Positions 40,064 to 53,469 of a stretch of DNA of 64,000 nucleotides are shown here, one piece after another. Numbering within the stretch: the first letter of the stretch is position 1; each line of letters begins with the position of its first letter. This DNA is from Lama guanicoe (lineage: Eukaryota). The stretch spans positions 14,354,974 to 14,418,973 of the forward strand of contig MU054187.1 in assembly GCA_013239625.1 (NCBI GenBank), in the 5' to 3' direction. A program made the position numbers and the translations under genes. The notes below the pieces were generated by a model. It was not told where the DNA came from, did not search any database, and was given only the letters and a program-made list of their open reading frames with translations.

Positions 40064-40690
40064 CCTACCCTTCCAGCACCGTTCTACTTTCTGTCTTTAC
40101 GAAGACAGGTGCCTCATATAAGTGGAATCATACAGTATTTGTCTGTTTGTGACTGGTTTATCTCACTTAGCAAAATGTCCTCAAGGTTTATCCATGCTAT
40201 AGCATATCAGAATTTCCTTCTTTTTTCTGATCATATCCCATTATATGTGTATACCACAGTTTGTTTATCAGTTCATCTATTGATGGACACTTGGGTTGCT
40301 TCCACATTCTGGTTATTGTGAATAATGCTGCCTGGATGTACAGATAACTCTTTAAGTCCCTGATCTGAATTCTTTTGGGTATATGCCAGACGTGGAGCTG
40401 CTGGATCATGTATTTAATTTGTTTTTTTGCAGAACTGCTACACTGTTCTCCACAGCAGCTCCANNNNNNNNNNNNNNNNNNNNNNNNNNNNNNNNNNNNN
40501 NNNNNNNNNNNNNNNNNNNNNNNNNNNNNNNNNNNNNNNNNNNNNNNNNNNNNNNNNNNNNNNNNNNNNNNNNNNNNNNNNNNNNNNNNNNNNNNNNNNN
40601 AATAAGTGCTATTGAGTATCTTTTCATGTGCTTATTGGACATTTGTATACCTTCTTTGAAGAAAAATTTACTCAAGTCCTTGGTCTATTA
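40064..40690 (-). mobile_element. L1M (L1MB-like) 3' fragment
   Basis: CCTCATATAAGTGGAATCATACAGTATTTGTC...GATGGACACTTGGGTTGCTTCCAC. Contains masked run 40464-40600. Confidence 0.85.
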
Positions 40691-40919
40691 TTCAACTGGA
40701 GGGAAATGGGGCCAAATGCTACAGAGAGCAGTTGTAGCTATAAGAGCAGGTGAAGTTATTGTAAGTGCAGTGTGTGGAAGGGCTATTGTGTTTCTTTGGG
40801 TCCAGCCTTAGCCAACTGTTTTCTGCTCATGGAACTTGTTATAAAATTTCCTCCCTGAAGACCATCATTCCAACAGAAGAACAGCAATTTCTATCAGTAG
40901 TAACATCTTGGAATGCTTT

Positions 40920-42030
40920 TGTCTTTCATAGAATTTGTTCATTTCATGTAAATTATTGAATTCATTGCCATAAAACTGTTCATAATATTCCTTTATTGTC
41001 TTTTTAATGCTGTAGAATCTGCAGTGAGGTTGCCTCTCATTCCTGATAGTGGAGATTTGTGTCTTTTCTCTTTTTGTCCTGACCTCTAGTCTGGCAGAAG
41101 TTTATCAGTTTTATTGATCTTCAAGAACCAGGTTTAACTTCATTGATTTTATTCTTTTTGCTCACTACTTCGCTGAGTTCTCTGATCTTTATTATGTCTT
41201 TTATTCTACTTACTTTGGATTTATTTGCTTTTCTTCTTTTAATCTTTTGAGGTAGAAGCTGAGGCCACTGATCTGAGGCCCTTCTTTTCTAACATAGTCA
41301 TTGAGTGCTCTAAGTGTCCCTATACCTACTGCTTTGGCTATGCTGACACATTTTTAACAAGTGGTACCTTCATTTTCATTCAATTCAAAATATGATCTAA
41401 TCTCCCTTGTGATCTCTCCTTTGACCCACCCATTATTTTCTTATTTCTTTTTCTTTTTTTTTTTCAATCCCTTATTTAGAAGTGTGCTTTTTAGCTTCCA
41501 AATATTGGAGATTTTCCATTTATTGCTTTATTATTAATTTTTAATTTAATCCTATTGTGGTAGAGAACATAGTTTGAATCACTTGAATCCCTGTAAATTT
41601 ACTGAGGCTTGTGTTATGGCCCAGAATGTGGTCTGTAGAGGTGAATGTACTGTGCATACTTGAAAATAATGTGTACAGTGTTCAGCGGAGTGTTCTATAA
41701 ATGTCAGTTGAGTCAAGTTCGTTGATAGTGTTCAAGTTTTCTATTTATCCTTCCTGGTTTTCTGTCTACTTGTTCTCTGAGTTATTGAGCAAGGGATGCT
41801 GAAATCTCTGATTGTAATTGTAGATTTGTCTCTTTCTCCCTGCAGATCTATCAGTTTTCATTTCCCATAGTTTGAAGCTCTGTTAATAAGTGCATAAACG
41901 TTTAGGATTGTGTCCTCTTGATGAACTGGTCTGTTTATCACCATGAAATGATCATCTCCATCTTTGGTAATAGTCTTTGTTCTACAATCTACTCTGTCTC
42001 ATATTAATATAGCCATTTCAACTTTCTTTT
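40920..42030 (-). mobile_element. L1M ORF2 internal fragment, degenerate
   Basis: T-rich antisense ORF2 hallmarks: TTTAATCCTATTGTGGTAGAGAACATA, TTATGGCCCAGAATGTGGTCT, CTTGAAAATAATGTGTA, ATATTAATATAGCCA. Confidence 0.85.
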
Positions 42031-42173
42031 GATCTTCTTTGAATATCTTGGAGTACAAAGAACAGATGGCCATGTATATAGAACAATCATCACTATAAAA
42101 TATCTGACGAAAGTCATAACATTAATGCAGTAACAGGTTCTGTGTGGTTGAAAAGATGACATCTGGAGCAGGA

Positions 42174-42350
42174 CAGTGTAACTCCCCAGACTGGCAGTAT
42201 CAGCATCACTTGGGGACTTGACGGAAGTGCAAATTCTCAGGCTCCACTCCAGATCTACTGAATCTGGATTTCTGGAATGGGATCCAGAAATCTGTGTTCC
42301 AGCAAGTGCACCTGGGAATTTCAAGGCATGCTGAAGTTTGAGTGTTACTG
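42174..42350. mobile_element. MER5A (hAT-Charlie MITE)
   Basis: CAGTG...GCAGTATCAGCATCACTTGGG...GTGCAAATTCTCAGGCTCCACTCCAGATCTACTGAATC...AGTTTGAGTGTTACTG. Confidence 0.85.
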
Positions 42351-43279
42351 TCTAGAGTCAGTCCCTTTAACTTCTGATTCTACAGTAAGTATTTGGATAA
42401 AAACAAGCCAGAAAAATACTTTCTTTGGGGGGAGGGGTGAACTAAAAAACATTTCTCTAGCTAGAAGTGTACGTCTGCAACCCTACACTTATATAATGTT
42501 GCCCCAACCAAAGGCTTATTTTTGAATGATTTAGTTATATAATACTACTCCTGATTAAAGTGTAGTAACAGAATACATAACTGTATGAAGAATTAAAACA
42601 TGTTTTTAAATAGAATCATATTTCAGGAACAGGGGGAAACATTCATGGCTTTGAGTTTTTAGCTGTGATCTTTTAAAGGTAGGAAATGCTGCTTGTGGGA
42701 AACATTATAATGAATTCTCACTGCATGTGACTACTGAGTTTTAGGGATGAATCAAAGTCAGGGATGACTCAAAAGTCCCCTCCTCTGGAAACCACTCTGT
42801 AGGGCAGAAATTTTGTTTTCCTTTAGGTCAGTACAGCAGGTGGGCCACTTTCTGAGTGAAGTTTCCGCACTGCGCGGTTCGTTTGTGTATATGTGGCCTT
42901 TTGAGTGCTAGCCCACACAGGCAGGGTTCTTCTTCCTTTTATTTAAATGTACGTTATGCCTGGGAACTACTTTTGGATGCTAGTGGACATCATTTTTAAA
43001 TCTCCTCTCGGGTGTGGGGCTGCACCCAGGTCTTTATATGGATGATCTTCCCTAAGCCCCGCATAACCCGGCCAGGCAGGTACTGACCCCCTCACTACAC
43101 ACAGGTGGAGCGGCTGACGTGTGGTCGCGCTGCCCGGGAGGCTGCAGACGAGCTAGCAGACTACTCCCTGAACCCAAATGCAAGAGAATTCCTACTGGGG
43201 CCAGCATAGCTACTAGCTACCACTTCAAAACATCAAGAACAGAGAAAAGAAAAAGACTCATGATCTAAAAAAAGCTCTT

Positions 43280-44160
43280 TTCTTTTTAGTTCAAAAATTT
43301 AATAGACATTTGAATGGTAAACAGTTTGGTTTATTTCAGCATAGATGACTTATTTCTAGGTATGAAAGGAATCCAAAGGAAAGGGAAGAAAGTCCTGGCC
43401 TTGGCACTTTATAAACTGACTGCATGCAAACACACACCCTCACACAAACACCCTAAGCCAAAAAAGTTCTTTTGAAGAAGTCATTTCACTATATCACCTT
43501 TCAAGGTGAGGATATAGCTTAGTGGTAGGGTATGTGCTTAACATGCGTGAGGTCCTGGGTTCAATCCCCAGTACCTCCATTAAAATAAGTAAATAAATTT
43601 AATTACCCCTCCCCCCCAAAAAAGAAAGATTACTGAAAATAAAATATATCACCTTTCATTTAATATGGTGTGGACTACATATTTATATTAAGTGTATTAA
43701 GTTTTATTTTTAACAGAAGTCTTTTATTTGGGTTATAAGCCATATTTACTAATTTTTTTTTTTTACAGTCAGAAAGGTCAAGACTCATTCTTTGTGATAC
43801 AGAAATTTTATCATGTGGCAATAATTGAGGACTGCAATCTTTTTATGTATAGATTGTTAACAGATCTGAACCACTCACTAAATAAAACTTAAGAACTTCA
43901 TTTGCAGGATCACATGAGGGATTAGGTTCGGATTAAAGGACTGATACTATTTAGTGAGCAGGGATGGCTTCCTTGGTGGTTTTCTCTACAAAGAATGGTA
44001 AACAGAGCTTCCATACCGCTTCGAATTTCCTTGTATCAGAACCAAAAATAATATTTAATATTTGCTTTGTACCTTACACAAGAAATTTCTTTTAAAGGCC
44101 CATCCACAGAGTAGTCAGTGATCAGCTAAAGAATCCGAAAGCCTAAAACAGGAAGCAACA
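43280..44160 (-). other. Candidate terminal exon/3' UTR of an unidentified minus-strand gene or lncRNA
   Basis: On the minus strand: branch point CTGAC (44176-44180), then tandem acceptors CTTTGTCCTCCAG and CTTCCTGTTTTAG. All frames stop within 16 codons. AATAAA (43330-43335) and ATTAAA (43298-43303) are followed by a U-rich tract (43232-43273). Confidence 0.4.
43505..43644 (+). mobile_element. Camelid tRNA-derived SINE (Vic-1-like), full length with 14-bp TSD
   Basis: GGTGAGGATATAGCTTAGTGGTAG...GGTCCTGGGTTCAATCCCCAGTACCTCCATTAAAA. TSD TATATCACCTTTCA at 43490-43503 and 43645-43658. Confidence 0.93.
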
Positions 44161-47100
44161 CTGGAGGACAAAGCAGTCAGTCTTTGCTCTTTGGTCGCTA
44201 TTTCTAGTAGCATAAAAATGGAGTTTTCAATACGCTGACGAAAGATGAAAAAGAATCACTTGGCTTGAAGGAATTTTAACAACATAACATTAAGGGGAGA
44301 GGAGGCTGTAAAATAAAACCAAAAAGTATGTCCACAAGAACTTGAAATCAGGAGGGAAAAAAAAAAAACCCAAAAAAACCAACCCTCACATGTTGTCTAG
44401 ACAATCATGAACAATCATTGACTCGGTTTGTTATAATTTCAAATTAACTCCTCTTAAACTATGATTTATGTGGGGCCACTCACACAGCTCTTATCTATGA
44501 TTTCAAAGGTGATCAGTTTAAAGTTTAATGAATTTTCTTGATATTGAATTTTTAAACCTTTGAAATCTTATATTTCAGTAATGTACTATTAACTTAACAT
44601 TTAAGCAAAGCTGCATGATCTAGAGAAAATTCAATCTCTTCTGATGATTAAATTTCAGTAATTGAACATAAAAACATTTGAAACAAGAAAGGCTGTATAA
44701 ATGAGCTGTCAGCATATATTACAACACGACAGTGTTGCTTAGGTAAGAAAATGCTCCTTGAAGAGTTGGCACAATGATCAGCCAATTGGAAAAACAGAGG
44801 AAGTGAGCTATCACTGAAATAATGAGGAGGAATTCCATTAAGGCTCCAGGCCAGGTATGTGAAGGAGGTGTGATTGATACGCGGGACTTGGAGATTAACC
44901 GTGTGGGACATTCTAAGGCCGGGCCTACATGCATCTAACATAACCCTGTATTTGGTGTCAGAGTTTGACTGAAGTGGTGTTTACAGAGCCACTGCTCTTA
45001 CTAACCCTTTTCTTTTAAATGCTCAAGATTTTATTTCAGCCGTGGCGTCAGCAAGGGAGCATTTTCATGAGGAAAAGAAAAATCTAGGCATGCCCAGAGT
45101 TAGTCTCATATTAAGATGTGATTAGTGTTCGCTTTCAGTGTCCACAACAATTTGAAATGCTACATTTCATATAAAGACAGGGATGACAGTGACCATGAGC
45201 TCATCAAGTCCCCATGTCCCTATCAGAAGGTCCCTTTGGATACTGCCAACAAATGGTAAGATTTTAGAAGCCAGCAAATGACATGATATAAAAACTATTT
45301 TAAAAATTTGATATTTACGAGGATGGGAGTATGGAAGAAGTCATTGTTTTGAAGCTGCTTCTAGAATTGCTACAGAGCATTGGAATTTAGTTCAAGTTAA
45401 CAGAACATCTCGGACATGTTAAAACACAAAGGTTAGTTCTGAATATATATTTCTAGTGCAAATGATTCTATAATGGAATAGAAGTCAGCCGGATGGATTT
45501 GAATATTCTCAGTCTTTTAAAACATTCTAGAATAGAAGAAAAGCATGGGAAATCTCCCACAGTAGAACCTTGTTAATGGCTGGCTTTTTATTACATGAAT
45601 TCTGGTGCTGGGAGAGTTAAATAATGATTTATCAAACCCACCTATTGCTTACACTAAAAGTGTGTATAATATCTCAGGTTGTAAGGGGGATGCTAGTCCT
45701 GTTTATCAACATCCAGCTTATAGAGAAAAGGTCCTGCTTTCCTGTTTATGGCTCCTGCTTACTGAGATGAAACGAGCAACCTGTGATTCCCAGTTCTGCT
45801 ACGCACTGCGCGCCTTTGATCAGGCAGTCAGCTCTCTCCGGCAAGCAGAAACTCAGAACCTGAGCGCACCAGAGATTCAAGCTCCCGACAATGTTTTCTC
45901 CAACTGGCCCTGACGGAAGTAAAAGAAATAACCTTAAGGCATTTACTTTTTCCATGTCTTATTAATTGTTTGGTGATTTCACATCCTCCTTCTTCCAAGA
46001 CCATGTTCGGAGCAACACATTCTAATCCACAAGCAAAAAGGAGCAGGATGACGGCCAGCACTGCCACCACAGACCCTGGGACGAAACTCACGATGCCGTC
46101 CCCTACCCTAGCAGCTGGTATCACAGGTGGTTTTTTCAATGTTGCTTTGTTTTGCTTATTCTTTTAGACAACCACATCCCCACATTTTTTACATAACAGT
46201 TTGTCCTAAAGCTTTCGATCAGTTTAGTATAATCTGTACCCATTGACTAGCCACTCCACACCATTTTGTGTACTTAGGAGCCGACCCTCAGCCCTGGAGG
46301 AGTTTACGAGCCAGGGACAAGTGGTTCCAGGAGAGAAGTGAAAAGTGCATGGAGGTAAAGGAAGGGAGGGGTCTGAATCAGCCTAGGGAATGAAGAGGCA
46401 TGTTTCTGGATAAAGGTGACCTCTGCAGTGGGATTTCAAGAACTGATATAACTAGGAAAGAAGAAGATAGGGAGAAGGTTGTCTGAAATGAGGAAAAAGC
46501 AAGAACAAAATAACAGCCAGGAAAGACTAAGGAAAATTAGGTGGTTTGGCCAAAGCCAAAGAGTGTGTGTGGGATAGTGGGAGAAGAGGCTGACAAGGAG
46601 GTTTGGGGTGCACCAATTAGGGTCTTGGATTCTTCTGATAGGAGTCCAAACGGGAAAAAAAAAAATGGAGGCCAGGCCTCTCTCCACAGACAACCAACCT
46701 GAGACTGCATCAGCTAAGTGCATAATACATTGTCTTTTCTCTTACTGATCCTGTGAGCTCAATGACAATAGGAATCTTATGTTCTGGTTACTGAATCTCC
46801 AGGGATTAGCAAACACTCAGATTTTTGTTGAATAAATAAGTAAACGAACAAGTAATTAAATCGATTAATTAAAGGTAAATATGAAAATTGTAATTTTACT
46901 ATTAGTATATCTCTTTATGCAAATACTCTCCTGTGTGATTTATTTCAAGCAAATGAACATTTGAATAAATCAATGGAGTTTTCTTTTCTCCACATTACTT
47001 CTTTTCTAGGTTACTCAAAAGATCATACAGATTCATAAGAAAAATTAACAAATTTTATCTGCAAGGAGTTGATGTCATAAACTCGTACTACAGTCTTGCA

Positions 47101-49410
47101 GATTATTAACTAGCTACTTGTATAAAAAGCAAAACAAATATTTTACCAAACATGACATCTAATCACAAAAAACTTTTTCTATCAGTTTTTTTTTCTGAAA
47201 AATATCTATTCTTCATATCAGCTTTTAAAAGGGTTGTTTCAAGTTAGAAATACAAGAAAATCTCTTTTTATGGTCACAGCAAACCATACCTAATATTCCA
47301 GAATCTTCCTTCTTCATTGGCCACTGAATGCTTAAAATTGGTGAGGGTGACAAGTGTCACAAACTCTTTTCCTCCTACCTGTGGCATCATTCAAGCAAAA
47401 AAGTATTTTAATGGAGTCACGGCTTAAAAACTCTCGCCCATCAAGCTGCCAGTGCTGTCCGTAGGGCAGGTAGAAGAACGACGCAGAAAACTCCTTTTGA
47501 AAAGGATTCTCCAGAAACTATTTCTGGGAGGGACCTTGGGACTCAGTGCCTGTTACTGACTCGGGTTGGTGGTAAGAGTGGAGGTTGACTGTCTTGACTG
47601 GTATGGAAAAGAAGGAACCTGGTGCTTCCTCCCCAAACTGAAAACCTCTGATTGTCACTGGAAATGAATACAGAGGTGAAGAGATGACTTGTGAATTTTC
47701 TGTAATAATAGAGGAGGTTCCCGAACACAGCCTTGATTATGGTGAAGAATGTTCTTTTCTCTCCTTTCACATAAACACACAGGAGAACCCTTCTATTTGA
47801 TAAAGAGGGTGAGAGGAGACCTGATCTGTTTGTTTATTGATGTCCAGCTCTTGCCCGCTCTGCTGCACTCTGCAACTTTGGAAAAAACCACTTTTCTTGC
47901 CAACTATCCACATAAGGCATCTTGCCACATCTTAAGAGCTTTCAGTTTATCTGTACATTGTATTATCAATATTGAACAGCAGTTAAAATAGTCCCAGACC
48001 AAATCAGCTTGACTCAGATTAACAACTGAAACTGCGAAAGAAAACCAGCATTTGGGATCCAAGAGAGGATCTTAACTTCACTTAAAAATCAGAATATAAA
48101 TTTTCATTAGGTACAATCGATACAGAACATAGAAATTAATTCATGTTTTATAATGAATCATAATTTATATTAACTGATTGTGATGAAATATTTGGGAGAA
48201 TCAGTGACTCTGAAATATAAATTTTCTTATCTAATTTGAGGGAAAAACCAATTTACTATAAACAAAAAACATTTGTGTGATTCAAATATTTAATCCAAGC
48301 AAGAGTTTCAGTTTTGTGGCACAAAGTTTGTACTCAATAAAATGGAACATATGAGTGAAGGCATGAAAGTTTTACATAAGCATTTTTTTGTCCTTTCAAA
48401 GAAAAACAGGGTAATATAAGTGTACTCTCATACAGAGTACAAACTTTTAAATTACTTTTATTGATAAGCATAATTTAAAACTCCAAATAAAATGACAGGA
48501 CTAAAATCAGAAAACAACAAAACCACAAAATAACTAAAATCATAAAAAATATATTTTTTATATTTTTACAGTGCTTTTGACATCATGTTTGCATCTAGTT
48601 GTGAATGTCCAAAGGTAAAAAATATGTTCACATTTCCTATTTAGAAGACCAAATTCATCATAAGATAGATTTTGATTACAAAGAACCCAGCATTTATGTC
48701 TCTGCTAGTCCAAGGAAATAAAGCTGTAATAAAGGAAATAAAGTGGTAATAAATTGCTCCAAAGCAAAGGTAAAATGACCACCCAATTAAGCCATAACTC
48801 TAAAAATCACCTTGAGGTTAAATTGGGAAGAAATATGAGGAAAAGGGCAATTAAAGATCAGTCTTTTAAATCTGAAGTCTGCTCATTGACAATGAAAGAT
48901 TCAGTTACTTAAACTGTTTTTTGCCTTTCATTTATGAGTTGCTTTTTGACAATATTTCATCTCTCAACAGAGGACATAAGGAATGCTCTTAAAAAAGAAA
49001 AAAGCTATACCAGGCTATCAAAATCTTTGCTAAGAAAAATAAACGAATCAAGATTGATCTCCTGGGTTTCTCAGAAGTTCACCAATTCCAAATGTTCACA
49101 TAAGTTTCAAAAGGGAGGAAAACAATGAAGCTTCTCTGTAACACAGTGCTTAATAACTCACGGGTTGCGGGTGTGGGGGTTAATAACAGTGGCATTTTGT
49201 AAAATGCATTTAACTATAATTGAAATAAATATGCATTTATTTTCTTTTCTGAAAAATCCAAGTTTTTATTCCCCAGTACTGAGAAGTATGGGTCAATTTT
49301 GTCTACCAATTCTTGAGGGATTTTCTAGAATAGTGTTTAAGAAAAGATTGAATGTGCTCTCAGCAATACTTTGGCAGAGAGGATTGCGTTTTCAAATCTA
49401 AAAAAAACTA

Positions 49411-49520
49411 GGGGGTGGGTAATAGCTCAGTGTTGGAGTGCATGCTTAGCATACATGAGGTCCTGGGTTCCATCCCCAGTACTCCATTAAAAACAAAAGA
49501 GAGAGAGAACAAAAATGACA
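49411..49520 (+). mobile_element. Camelid tRNA-derived SINE (Vic-1-like)
   Basis: GGGGGTGGGTAATAGCTCAGTG...GCATGCTTAGCATACATGAGGTCCTGGGTTCCATCCCCAGTACTCC plus an A-rich tail. Confidence 0.9.
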
Positions 49521-52189
49521 AATTAAAAAAAATAACAGCAACGTAACTATTAAATATGTCCACAAAGCAAATGCAAGGGAGACTTCCTCTACATTTAAGT
49601 GCACTGGCAAGTTACCTCTTTTTCAAGAGGTCTTGGATATTCGTGAAGGATAGAGCAAGTGAAAAAGACAAAAAATATTAATCACATTACTGAAAAAGGA
49701 CTGGTTACTTTCTCCTGTTTTAAAAGTCTCTTCCTGCTTCTTTTAACGTCCACCAAAAAGACAGTTTTCTATAAATGTCACACAAATGGAATGGAGAAAT
49801 AGTTAAGTACAACCAAAGGAGGACTTAATCTATTGTATCGTCGTCTGTCAGCTAATCTCCCCTGGTTTAACAATCTGAGTTTAACTACTGCATGATGAAT
49901 GAGACAGGGTGCAAATGACCTGAGTGTTTCAGCCCATAAAACAGGCTTAGGGAAATAAAACTTGCAAATTTGATCACCAGCCTTAGATTGGCCATCATTG
50001 GCAATATAGTTAAGGTTTCAACAGAGACTAATAGTTTTAAAGAAATTGTCTTAGTGTAATATTAGATAATGAAATGCCAATAATTTACATTTAAAGTACC
50101 ATTTACCTTACAGCAGCCTACTATCTGCAAGATTTACCATTACATAACTGAAAATCAGATAGCTCTGAATGGAGAAGCGGCGAGCTAAATGTCAGAGGAC
50201 CCACTGAGGCTGAGAGTTTTCTAGACTTGGTTATACAGAAAGTTTCTCGGGAGCATTAACATGTAGTCACATTAAGCAAAAAAGACTTCAGTTGTTAACA
50301 GCAGTAGGTCTATTGTTCAAGAAGAAATATATTTCAGTAGATTCATTATGAAAGAAAGGGGGGGAAAATCCTTTTTGGCATGCTGCATATAAAATCTTCT
50401 CAAAAAGACATCTGCAGTTTCAAAAAAAAAATTCCACCTACTTTTACTACTACAACCCTTGTTAATTTTCTACAGTTCTCTGCTCTGACTTAAAAGTCAT
50501 TTCNNNNNNNNNNNNNNNNNNNNNNNNNNNNNNNNNNNNNNNNNNNNNNNNNNNNNNNNNNNNNNNNNNNNNNNNNNNNNNNNNNNNNNNNNNNNNNNNN
50601 NNNNNNNNNNNNNNNNNNNNNNNNNNNNNNNNNNNNNNNNNNNNNNNNNNNNNNNNNNNNNNNNNNNTCACTGTGGTGCAATCAACTTGACAAATGGACA
50701 CCGTGCAACCCTCTGCCTCCCACTGAAACCCGAGAGCCTGATTTACACAATGTTCTCCGTGCAGACGGGAAAAGACTTCATGCTGCTAGGCTGTATAATG
50801 GGTTGATCTGATAATTCCTCGCATGTCATGAAATTTGATAATATGGAGGTGAAATGCATCTCAAAGAATGAAGCCAGTTAATGAACTTATAAAACTACAC
50901 TGAAGTCTTTTAAAACCTGCATAAACAGAAAAAGGGACTTAGCTCAAACCATACTGAGAAAACGTAGCAGTTCTCACGCCTAACCCTGCAATCCATTAAA
51001 GATATATGGCTTCTGCTTACAACGAAGAAAAGAGTCTAGCTCCGAGAAGTACAGCTCTATTTACAGCTCTATTTAAACAGTTCAATATAGTCTGTAGACC
51101 TTGGTGTGCCTTATCTTCACCATCAGATTTTGCGAGCCCTCACTTGTCTACCTCAAGAATTTTGCATTACTTTATCCTGTTAAACTATGTCCCTGGCGGC
51201 TTACTATTTGTTCCTTTTAAAGTGGGAGCTTTCTGAAAGAATTTATAAATACTACCATATTTTACTACCATACTTTGCAATGATATTACTATAATTTGCA
51301 AAATTAACAAACTGTTCATCTGGAGATTTAAACATATCCTAAAGCAGCTATGGACGCACCAAAAAAAAAATCACAAAAATCAGGGCTTCATAAGAAATAT
51401 AAACTTCTGCTTTGAAGTCACAGTATAAATTCTTACTTATTCAAAGTCGGAATGTTAAGCTAAATCATTTAAAAAAGAAATACATCGTGTAGTATATTTT
51501 GCAGGCAAGGCTGATTTCAAAGCCTCTGTAGTAAAACTGTCTGTTGGTACGAATGCTTGCGAATAAATGCCNNNNNNNNNNNNNNNNNNNNNNNNNNNNN
51601 NNNNNNNNNNNNNNNNNNNNNNNNNNNNNNNNNNNNNNNNNNNNNNNNNNNNNNNNNNNNNNNNNNNNNNNNNNNNNNNNNNNNNNNNNNNNNNNNNNNN
51701 NNNGAATGGATTTCAACAGCTGCTGATTTGGTGACATGGAGAACCCCGGTGGAGACATCCTGCTGAATTAACGTTTTGGAAATGTTAAAAAGAAACTTCA
51801 AACAGACCTCGTTTAGCAGGCGGTCAAAGATTTGGCTCAGTGGGGATCATGTGAAGGCTAGCAGAGCAGTCACTCAGCCATGAATCAGACTTGTCAATAG
51901 TTGCCTATTTTCTCAACAGGTGACTCAAAAAGGCACACAGTCTATTTCCCTTAACATTTCTGTGTGTGCTTGCCTGGAAAAAAATTATCCTAGACTCCTG
52001 CTCTGGCATTATTTAGGAAGGCACAGCATGTACAGTTGGGGGAGATGGTAGTATAAGGGTTTTAAATACATTTTAAAAATTTATACTTTTCTAACCAAAA
52101 AAAAAATTGCTAAGCTATATTTAAAGTCCACTGATTTTCAAAGAAACTTTTATTCTAAGTTAGAAGTATAGAAGCAATTCAAAGAATCA

Positions 52190-52360
52190 TAGAACAGCAA
52201 GGAAACTTGCTGATAATAGAGATCAAACTGCCCATTGTACAGATGAGGAAACTGAGGCTTACAAAGATTTTAGTAGAGACAAGTAATCTGCCAAAGATCA
52301 CGTATGTATTTACTGATGTGTTAGGACTAGAACATCCATCTGCTGATTCCCCAGTTCAAC
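52190..52360 (-). mobile_element. MIR SINE fragment
   Basis: CCCATTGTACAGATGAGGAAACTGAGGCT...AAGTAATCTGCCAAAGATCAC...GGACTAGAAC. Confidence 0.8.
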
Positions 52361-53469
52361 CATCATTATACTCATCCTTAAGAAGTAATTCAGATTTAAG
52401 CTTCATTTAGCAATGTGAAAATACTTAAGGAAAGAAACTGTTAGGCTGGGCAAGATCTCATAGTTCAGTGTTTTTCTGATTTGGCATGTCTTGATTTTTT
52501 TTTTTCTTTAAACTGGCCACAAAGAGAGTTAATGGAAAATTCCTTCCCCATATCACCAAGAAATGGGGGTGGGGGTGGGATGAAAAGAGGTCCAGTATCA
52601 AGCTTTGTTTTCAGCTCTCAACATTTAAGAGTTTAGTACAAATATAGAGGACAAAAATAATAAAGCATTTCATTGTCACTGATTCAGATGGGCACTGTAA
52701 ACTGTGCGATACAAGCTACTATTATGTCAGAAAATTACCAGGTATCCATTAAATAAGCCCAGACCATTTTCTATTGTTCAAGGATTTTTCGGTTGTTTTT
52801 GAAAGCCTCCGTACAGAGTTCAGTGAAAGTTCTCAGAGGTGACTCCACAGTCATAGCGATGCTCACTGGCTTAGTCAACCTCACTACTGCTCCCATCAAC
52901 ACACAGTCATTACCAGCAAACGCTAAAATAGAACCTGAGTAAACCACCTCACATCGGCAAGATGTGCCCTGTGGGAAAATACTTTCCACTTAATTCAGAG
53001 ACAAAAATTAGGAAGAATCATGAGTACACGACAATCCCATAAACCCACATACAACCATATACACAAGCCTCACAGGTCCCAAGCTCACTAATTCTTGTTA
53101 TTAACATTTACCTTTTAGAAGTTTAACTCCTCACATGGTAAGAGGAAACCGGCACTCTTAACACCAAGGTTGATGACAGTGCAAAAGACAGATTGGGCTT
53201 ATACATCAAAATGAAAAATGTCCTCATCCTTGACTCAGAATTCCCACATTTAGAAATTAACTCTGAGGAGATAATTCAACAAGTAGGGAAAGAGATATGT
53301 GCAAGGATTTTCATGGCAGTATTTTTTTATGGTAGTACAAAGTTGGATATTAAGTTAAAATTAAATCAAAGTTTGGCAAGAAAATAAAGGTACATACATA
53401 CAATGGCACATATGCAGTTGTTAAAAATGGTCATTCACTTAATATAAAGCTACAATAAAGCTATTAAAA

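Noticed and set aside
5555-45600. Partial miRNA look-alikes (miR-148-like ACTACAGAACTTT at ~5560; miR-135-like TGGCTTTTTATT at ~45581)
   Set aside because: Only 12-13 nt matches, with no precursor hairpin.
22803-51073. Short two-unit tandem duplications (22803-22833, 48712-48753, 51050-51073) as array/CRISPR-like
   Set aside because: Two units with no spacers. Ordinary slippage duplications.
2135-53237. Window-wide AP-1 enrichment
   Set aside because: About 15 TGASTCA heptamers counted by eye in 64 kb is not clearly above mammalian background.
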